Of a stretch of DNA of 64,000 nucleotides, positions 57,578 through 64,000 are shown in pieces. The stretch is from a virus. The translations under genes and the position numbers were made by a program. The first letter of the stretch is position 1. Every line of letters starts with the position of its first letter. The notes below the pieces were generated by a model. The model made no database searches. It had not been told where the DNA came from and saw only the letters and a list, made by a program, of their open reading frames with translations. The stretch is from positions 32,001 through 96,000 of the IMG/VR virus record IMGVR_UViG_3300017917_003893; one strand, 5' to 3'.

Positions 57578-58057
57578 ATGGGAAGATATGATAGCTTATT
57601 AGAACAAATAAAAACAATTGATACTGAAGTTGTTAAAGATTGGGATTCAAATACAGATCCATCTATGAAAGTTGTAGAGGAACAAAAAGTTTATATTTGG
57701 ATAAGACTTTATTTGAAAAATGAATCTAACTTAGAGATTGGTGATGATATATTCATTAACTATACACCAAGTGGAGAGAAATTAGAGACTAAGTTTATTT
57801 GTTATGATAAAACTAGTTTAACAAAAGATCACGATGACTTAGAAAAAATAGTTAATTTCAATCCTGAAGATGATAAGAAAGTTCTTTGTCTTATGGTTGA
57901 CCAAGACAGAATCAACAAAGGAAATGATATACCTTTTATTAGAACACTGTTTAAATCAGGAATTCATTATCAACATCAACTTGTAAGAAGATCTGAACTT
58001 TTATTTGTGAATAGTAGAACTGGTGAGTCTTTAGACTATTTTGACTGTGATTATTAA
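57578..58057 (+). CDS. Hypothetical protein
   Basis: 159 aa ATG ORF. Confidence 0.6.
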   Translation: MGRYDSLLEQIKTIDTEVVKDWDSNTDPSMKVVEEQKVYIWIRLYLKNESNLEIGDDIFINYTPSGEKLETKFICYDKTSLTKDHDDLEKIVNFNPEDDKKVLCLMVDQDRINKGNDIPFIRTLFKSGIHYQHQLVRRSELLFVNSRTGESLDYFDCDY

Positions 58058-58120
58058 AAAATAAAAAAAATGAGTTTTATAATGTAATATATACATTATA
58101 AAAAATTAACCTAAATAGAC

Positions 58121-58678
58121 ATGAGATATTTAAAAACTTATGAATCATTTTCAACAAACGAAGAGTTCTTAGGTGGACTTTGGAATAAAATTACCGCTGC
58201 GTTTGCTAATTGGAAAAATGAAAAAATGAAAAAAGCTGGTGAGACACTAGCTAAATCAATCGAAGAAAAAAAGGATGATCCTAAAATGCAAAAGGCTCTA
58301 GCTGACTTAAAGGTAGCTTATGATAAATTAGCTCCAGAAGATAAGGCTAAAGTTCAATCATTTAAAGATGAAAAAAATATTCCAGTAGAAACTGAAGTAA
58401 ATGCTGAAGAAGAAGTTATGGCTGAATCTTTACTTTTAGAAGAAGAAGGTATGGTAGCTAAAATTATCTCTTACCTAGGATTTACAGCAGGTGCTGCTTC
58501 ATTTGTTAGTCTAATTGTAACAGTTATTCAAATCGCTATGGCTGGTTCTGGTTATCCAACTACTTTATTTGGATTATCATTGGGTACTTTTGGTGCTATC
58601 TGTATGGTTGCTGTATTAGTATTTGGTGTTGGTGGAGCTATTGCTCAGTCTGTTGACCAAGGTGAATTTTCAAAATAA
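58121..58678 (+). CDS. Putative virion internal protein with two C-terminal TM helices
   Basis: MRYLKTYESF leader; hydrophobic hairpin; late motif at 58085-58093. Confidence 0.65.
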   Translation: MRYLKTYESFSTNEEFLGGLWNKITAAFANWKNEKMKKAGETLAKSIEEKKDDPKMQKALADLKVAYDKLAPEDKAKVQSFKDEKNIPVETEVNAEEEVMAESLLLEEEGMVAKIISYLGFTAGAASFVSLIVTVIQIAMAGSGYPTTLFGLSLGTFGAICMVAVLVFGVGGAIAQSVDQGEFSK

Positions 58679-58695
58679 TAATAAATTTATAAAAT

Positions 58696-58728
58696 AAAAA
58701 GGAGATAATTAATTATCTCCTTTTTTTT
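58696..58728. terminator. Bidirectional terminator
   Basis: A5-GGAGATAATTAATTATCTCC-T8 palindrome. Confidence 0.75.
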
Positions 58729-58939
58729 GTTCCTTATTTTTTAGCTTTTCAAATTCCGCATCTAAGCCACTTTTTCTCAAGCCAAAGTTTGAAGCAAAGT
58801 AAGCAGTTCCTAAAACAAGAATGCAGAATAGTGGATTTTTCATTTCATCACCAAAACCTGTTAATAGGAAAATGCCAAAAGTGATTGCTATTCCGATTAG
58901 GTGAAAAATTGCTTTGTAGTTGTTAACGATGAATTTCAT
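58709..58939 (-). CDS. Small membrane protein (early)
   Basis: Two hydrophobic helices; ATG 58939 lies downstream of host-type promoter. Confidence 0.6.
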   Translation of the reverse strand: MKFIVNNYKAIFHLIGIAITFGIFLLTGFGDEMKNPLFCILVLGTAYFASNFGLRKSGLDAEFEKLKNKEQKKGDN

Positions 58940-58966
58940 ATGTGTAGTGATTAATTTTATATTGAA

Positions 58967-58997
58967 CAAATATAATACTTTTTATTTAATATCCAAA
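58967..58997 (-). promoter_or_regulatory. Bacteroidota-type promoter
   Basis: TTTG, 19 nt spacer, TATATTTG on minus strand. Confidence 0.7.
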
Positions 58998-59055
58998 ATA
59001 AAATAACTTTTTTCTAAAAAATATCTATAACTCATGTAAAAATAAATATGAATAG

Positions 59056-60582
59056 ATGTTAGTTGAAACACAATATTTAACAAATAGTAAGAAATTAGTA
59101 GTTAGTTACGTTGATAAAACCGGTGATATAAAGCTTAAATATTATAATTGGGATAATCCAATGAAGTATGTTGCTTGTGAGGACAACGATCCTCAAAGAC
59201 ACCCTGAATTTAGATCTTGGGATGGTAAATCAGTTAAACAAGTTGAAGTTAATCAACCTGATAGATATGCTATCTATGAATTCTTAGATGGCTTACCAGA
59301 ATCTGAAAAAAATGAAATATTTGAATTTAATCTACCTAAGATTTACTTTATAGATATCGAGACTGAAATCGTTGATGGTTTCCCTGAGGCGGCTGATGTT
59401 AAAGACCAAGATGGTAATATAACTAAAGAAGGAGCTTCAACACAAGTTCTTTCTATCTCTATTGTTTATGATGATAAAATCATTCTACTTGGTTTGAAAG
59501 AAATGCCTCAAGATATGCAGGATAGAATTATTACAAATACTAATAAGTATTTTGAGAAGTTCGGAACTGAATACAAGTTTAAGTATATTAAGTATGATGA
59601 TGAGTTTGATATGCTTTATGCTTTCTTCTATAAGATGATTCCTAAGATGCCAATTTTAACTGGTTGGAACTTCTTACAATATGACTGGTTGTATTTAGTA
59701 AATCGTTCTAGAAAGATTTCTAAGTGGGTAAATGGTAGAGAGTATAGAATTGATCCTGCTGTTTCATCTTTAACAAAAAGAATGAATAAGATTTGGTCAA
59801 CAGACTTTGAAGTTCCAGCACATAGAATGATTTTTGACTATATGCAACTTTATGAAATCTGTGATACTTCTATCAAAGTAAAAGAATCTTCATCATTAGA
59901 CTTCGTATCTAATAAATTAGTTGGTGTTGAAAAGATTAAGTATAATGGATCTTTACAAAAGTTATATGAAGATGATTTTGAGACATTTATGTACTATAAC
60001 GCAGTCGATAGTGTTCTTGTTCAAAAGATACACGATGCTCGTAACTACATTTCAATTATCTATGCGATTTCATCACTTGCTCAGATTAGAATCATTGACG
60101 TTGTTTCTCAAATGAATAATGCGTTAGGTTCCTTGGCTATTACAGAAGGTGTTTTAAGAAACAGATTTCGTAAGATGGACAATATTGTTCTATTCCGAGA
60201 TGAGCGAGGAGATGCAGAATCTACAATTGCAGGTGGTTGGGTAAAAGACCCTGTAGTTGGTATGAATCAGTGGTGTGTTACTTATGACTTTGCTTCACTT
60301 TATCCAACAACACAAAGACAATTCTTTATAGCACCTGAAACTTTTGTAGGTGTTCAAGATGAAAAAGATAAGTCTAAATGTACAAATGGTAGACCTATTG
60401 ATTTAGATAAACATGTTTTATGTGTAAATGGTGTAGTATTTGAAAAAAGAAAGTCACCAACGCTTAATATGCTTGAGGATGTTTATGCTGATAGAAAAAA
60501 AGCAAAGAAAGTGATGATGCAAAAGAAAGAAGACTTAAAAAAAGTTCTTGATGAGATTAAACAATTAGAGGCAGAAATATAA
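59056..60582 (+). CDS. gp43: Family B DNA polymerase, N-terminal subunit of a split enzyme
   Basis: ExoI DIETE, ExoII TGWNFLQYD, ExoIII YNAVD, motif A YDFASLYP; ends after RKKAK without motifs B and C. Confidence 0.88.
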   Translation: MLVETQYLTNSKKLVVSYVDKTGDIKLKYYNWDNPMKYVACEDNDPQRHPEFRSWDGKSVKQVEVNQPDRYAIYEFLDGLPESEKNEIFEFNLPKIYFIDIETEIVDGFPEAADVKDQDGNITKEGASTQVLSISIVYDDKIILLGLKEMPQDMQDRIITNTNKYFEKFGTEYKFKYIKYDDEFDMLYAFFYKMIPKMPILTGWNFLQYDWLYLVNRSRKISKWVNGREYRIDPAVSSLTKRMNKIWSTDFEVPAHRMIFDYMQLYEICDTSIKVKESSSLDFVSNKLVGVEKIKYNGSLQKLYEDDFETFMYYNAVDSVLVQKIHDARNYISIIYAISSLAQIRIIDVVSQMNNALGSLAITEGVLRNRFRKMDNIVLFRDERGDAESTIAGGWVKDPVVGMNQWCVTYDFASLYPTTQRQFFIAPETFVGVQDEKDKSKCTNGRPIDLDKHVLCVNGVVFEKRKSPTLNMLEDVYADRKKAKKVMMQKKEDLKKVLDEIKQLEAEI

Positions 60583-60635
60583 TTTCTGTCTTTTTTATTT
60601 TAATATATATTGTTGTAAAAAAATATCTTCTTCTA

Positions 60636-62843
60636 ATGAAAATTGAAAAATACTCAGATTTCAACAATCAAAATATATCCGAAGAAATAGATTGGGAAAA
60701 TATAAAATATAAACTAGGTAAACTAGGATCTATTACTAAAGGTGGTAAATTTTTTGGTAGAAAAAAACAAGATGCTAAGGCTAAAGAGGAAATTGAAGCC
60801 TTACTTAAAGATGCTAATAATAAATTTATTAGCGATATGGATAAAAAACTAAAAGAGGTAGCACCTGAGTTTCCAAACAATAAAAGTAGAGACCAGTTCT
60901 TAGAAGCACTTTCAATAATTTCAGCTACATATGACTCAATAATTCAAGCTTGTCATAAAACATACGAAATACACGCATACTCAAGTAGTCGTGAAGATTT
61001 AAAAGATGAAGATAATAAAGGTTTTTTGAAAACAGATAAAGATGGTAATATAATTACCACTCTTAAACCAGGTGATGAGAATTATATGACAATTGAAATG
61101 GCTAATGCTTTAATTCAGTCATTACAAAAATATATGAAAAAACTAATAGACTATGATTTATCAACATCTTACACAGTTTTTGAAAAAAATACTATAACAG
61201 AAGAAGAAGCTGAATATTTAATTAATAAGTTAAATGAAGAGATATCATTAAATCCTTTTAATTGGTTTAAAAAGAAACAAGAATCACCTGCTCTTACTTC
61301 AGGTACTGATACGGCTACTAAAAAAATGGTACACTCTACTAAATATGAAAAGATATTTGGTGGTTTAGGTGTTGCTTTAGGTGTATTTGGTTGGGTTGTT
61401 CAAACAGAATGGTTTAGAACAATGATGGAGTCTTGGTTGAATAAACCAGAAATAACAAAAGATGTTATAAGTAAAGATATTAAAAATATAGGAATGGAAG
61501 TTAAAGATGGTGAAGGTTTAACTCAGGCACTTAACAGAACATTAGGTACAGATTTTAATAAGAATACACCCGTTTCAGAATTTGTTAGTACTCTTAGAGA
61601 TAAGGGATTTGGTAATAATCCTACTGAGATATTTAATAATTTAGGTATTGATTCTTTATCACCAAATGCTAATTTTAATGCAGATGCTGTTACAGCTTTA
61701 AGTGGTGGTGGTAATTTACAAAATGCTTTTTCAGGAATTTTTCACGGTAGAGGTGGTACTTTATTGGCTCTTAATCCAGGGGAATTTTTAGCAAAACAAA
61801 TAACAACACAAGTAACAAAGGTTGTTGTTCAACAAGCTGTTAAAGTAGGAACAACTATTGCTACTGGTTTAGCGGCAGCAGGTCCTTTTATTACTGGTTT
61901 AGGTATAGCTATGGTTGCTGGTGCTATAACATCTTGGTTGTTAAAAAGAAAGGCTAAGAAATCTTCTAGATATAAAGACTTACAAGAACTTTTAGAGAAA
62001 TTCAAGCTAATTGAGTTACAACAAGGTTATAGAAAGAGTCCTATTAAATATGAAGATGGTGAAGAGTTTACACCAATTGGTAATGATGAAACTGGTGGTA
62101 CTGTTGAGTCATCTGGTGTTAGTGAGAAGTCAATTTATTCTTTAATGATTAAAAACTTAACTCAGTTAAGAAGTTTAATTAGCACTTCAGAAGGTGTTAG
62201 ATTAGAAGGCGAAAAAGACTCAATTAAAGGTGCTGAACTTGGAAAATCAAAAAGACAAAAAGAAGTATCTAAAAGAAGAGTTAATAAACCAGCACTTGCT
62301 GAAAATTTAATATTAAGATATAATGATTTGATAACTGAGGAAGATAGATTTGGTCAGCAACGTAATGTTGAGATAATGAAGACTGAAGAATATTTAACTC
62401 AAGCTTTCACTAATATTAGAAAGTCTTTAAAGTCATTAAAAGATGAAAAAGATAAAGGTATTGGAGTTACATATGATTTCATAGGTGATATTCTTGATAA
62501 GAAAATGGATTCTGGCACAAAAGAACCAATTAAGAACTTATATTCTGAAATATATGATTATCTATATGGTTCTAAATCTAAAACTGTAAGTGATTTAGGA
62601 GCTTTATATAAAGAAAGTGTTGAAGTTATTTCTAATAAGGCTAAAAGACAAGTTGTTGCTGAAAAAATAGCTAGATTCTCAAAAAGATCTTTACAGTTTG
62701 AAGGTGAAGGTTTTTATGGTGGTATGGGTCAGTTTGGATCAGACTTACAGGATTTTAATAAATCACTTAAAGATATAATGAATTACTTTAAAGAAAATAG
62801 TCAAGTAAAAGAATCTAAAATACAAAGATTCAAAGATATGTAA
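60636..62843 (+). CDS. Large putative virion/ejection protein with hydrophobic segments
   Basis: MKIEKYSDF leader; TM-like GGLGVALGVFGWVV and GLGIAMVAGAITSWLL; paralogous block with 4582 ORF. Confidence 0.6.
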   Translation: MKIEKYSDFNNQNISEEIDWENIKYKLGKLGSITKGGKFFGRKKQDAKAKEEIEALLKDANNKFISDMDKKLKEVAPEFPNNKSRDQFLEALSIISATYDSIIQACHKTYEIHAYSSSREDLKDEDNKGFLKTDKDGNIITTLKPGDENYMTIEMANALIQSLQKYMKKLIDYDLSTSYTVFEKNTITEEEAEYLINKLNEEISLNPFNWFKKKQESPALTSGTDTATKKMVHSTKYEKIFGGLGVALGVFGWVVQTEWFRTMMESWLNKPEITKDVISKDIKNIGMEVKDGEGLTQALNRTLGTDFNKNTPVSEFVSTLRDKGFGNNPTEIFNNLGIDSLSPNANFNADAVTALSGGGNLQNAFSGIFHGRGGTLLALNPGEFLAKQITTQVTKVVVQQAVKVGTTIATGLAAAGPFITGLGIAMVAGAITSWLLKRKAKKSSRYKDLQELLEKFKLIELQQGYRKSPIKYEDGEEFTPIGNDETGGTVESSGVSEKSIYSLMIKNLTQLRSLISTSEGVRLEGEKDSIKGAELGKSKRQKEVSKRRVNKPALAENLILRYNDLITEEDRFGQQRNVEIMKTEEYLTQAFTNIRKSLKSLKDEKDKGIGVTYDFIGDILDKKMDSGTKEPIKNLYSEIYDYLYGSKSKTVSDLGALYKESVEVISNKAKRQVVAEKIARFSKRSLQFEGEGFYGGMGQFGSDLQDFNKSLKDIMNYFKENSQVKESKIQRFKDM

Positions 62844-62849
62844 AAAAAG

Positions 62850-62878
62850 AAAACCTCTGATAAATCAGAGGTTTTTTT
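62850..62878. terminator. Bidirectional terminator
   Basis: AAAACCTCTGA-taaa-TCAGAGGTTTT. Confidence 0.8.
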
Positions 62879-63527
62879 AATTTATTTTAATAGGTTCCCA
62901 AATTACTTCAGGCATTTTTTCTTTAACAACTTTAGTTGCTCTTTTTAGATATTTTGGATTATCATCATAAAAAATAGCTTTTTTGAAACCGGTTTCTTTT
63001 AATATTTCAACTATTTTTTCACCTTTCCAAATTCCCAAATTTCTTGAACCTTTAGGTGCCATATGTAATCCATATTTAGGTAGTTTTAGTCCTAGTTGTA
63101 ATAATCTATCAACTATTTTACCTCTTATAGTTTCTTCTCTTGCTGTAACAATACATTTATTTTCAACTGATTTGTATAAGTCTGATACTTCTTTTAATGT
63201 ATTAGGTAAGCTTATGTTTGATGTGTGAAATAAATTAGGTGTTGTTAAATACATTCTATCACCTTTTCTAACCCAGTTTCCGAACTCTTTAATTTGTTTA
63301 TTTGGATCTGGTATATAAATTCTATTATCCTGCCATTTTAAGTCATTTAATGATACGCCAATTCTATTAACTGATTGTATCAATAGGTCTTTAATAGTTA
63401 CATCTTCTTTTAAATATTGAATAGCTAGTTCTTCAAATGATGGTGAATTTACAAGTGTGTCATCAAAATCAAATACATGAAGCGTTTCTTCATCACTTGT
63501 AAATTCATTATAGGTTTTAATTTTCAT
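62877..63527 (-). CDS. HAD-superfamily phosphatase
   Basis: FDFDDTL, IVTAR, KG, FYDDN; ATG gives MKIKTYNEF. Confidence 0.75.
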   Translation of the reverse strand: MKIKTYNEFTSDEETLHVFDFDDTLVNSPSFEELAIQYLKEDVTIKDLLIQSVNRIGVSLNDLKWQDNRIYIPDPNKQIKEFGNWVRKGDRMYLTTPNLFHTSNISLPNTLKEVSDLYKSVENKCIVTAREETIRGKIVDRLLQLGLKLPKYGLHMAPKGSRNLGIWKGEKIVEILKETGFKKAIFYDDNPKYLKRATKVVKEKMPEVIWEPIKIN

Positions 63528-63705
63528 TGACTTCAAAAAATATATCTATTATATCTTGAAACTCTTTACCAAAGTGTTCAACACATAATGTATATATTTC
63601 TTCTTTCAATTCAAAACCTTGCTCAAAGAGCTGTTCTACATAATATTCAACATCATCTACTGATGTATAAATATTAAACTCATCATAATCTGGTACTAGC
63701 AACAT
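63517..63705 (-). CDS. Small acidic hypothetical protein
   Basis: TAATATATA at 63727-63735 (-). Confidence 0.55.
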   Translation of the reverse strand: MLLVPDYDEFNIYTSVDDVEYYVEQLFEQGFELKEEIYTLCVEHFGKEFQDIIDIFFEVNEN

Positions 63706-63814
63706 AAAATGGAAGATATTTTTACTTATATATTATTAAAAACCTTTGAAAATTCAATTTTTTCAAACAATTTTGAAAAAAATAATATAAATTTTACAAA
63801 AAGTTTAAAGAAAT

Positions 63815-64000
63815 ATGTCTCTAAAAAAAGATCTTGCTAAATATAAGCCCCGTAAAGAACAAAGAGAAGCTCTCGATTTTATAGAAAGTGAGTATCTAAA
63901 GAATAAAATGAACAAGTTTTTTTTATTAAATCTTCCAGTTGGAAGTGGAAAATCACACTTAGCATTAATGATTGCTGACTGGTATAAAAAGAATGTTAAT
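63815..64000 (+). CDS. SF2 (DinG-like) helicase, 5' part truncated by window end
   Basis: YKPRKEQ Q-motif and LPVGSGKS Walker A. Confidence 0.75.
   Translation, partial: MSLKKDLAKYKPRKEQREALDFIESEYLKNKMNKFFLLNLPVGSGKSHLALMIADWYKKNVN

Noticed and set aside
443-63228. Short antisense or out-of-frame ORFs (e.g. 443, 528, 4059, 7133, 11385, 17446, 26328, 28378, 31620, 33830, 47372, 59921, 60668, 62983)
   Set aside because: Nested in well-supported genes, mostly non-ATG starts, no motifs.
1-64000. Stop-codon reassignment as in some large phages
   Set aside because: Conserved genes are intact and densely packed under the standard code; TAA, TAG and TGA all end genes.

Overview
AT-rich segment of a large T4-related (myovirus-type, probably jumbo) bacteriophage using the standard genetic code. 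It encodes tail sheath, terminase, portal, a prohead protease-scaffold fusion, major capsid protein (MCP), a gp55-like late sigma factor, clamp loader and the N-terminal half of a split family-B DNA polymerase. Host-like auxiliary genes include tmRNA, RNase R, ClpS, an NFACT-R domain protein, glutamine synthetase II, ThyA, NADAR, Dam, a NEIL1-like glycosylase and a TagD/LicD/glycosyltransferase cluster. Five correctly spaced TTTG-N19/20-TAnnTTTG promoters point to a Bacteroidota host. Most notable patterns: (1) eight small ORFs share an R-[DEN]-x-K-[IL]-x-x-[IL]-[LF]-like motif, and several are degenerate copies of the MCP, prohead protease or a P-loop ATPase, a possible decoy/adaptor system; (2) about 13 late genes, many enzymatic, begin with a peptide resembling the T4 capsid-targeting sequence, suggesting a broad injected cargo; (3) a dispersed ribosome-rescue toolkit centred on a tmRNA with a long, non-canonical tag; (4) three separable promoter classes. 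All calls come from motif recognition and by-eye alignment; no database search was run.
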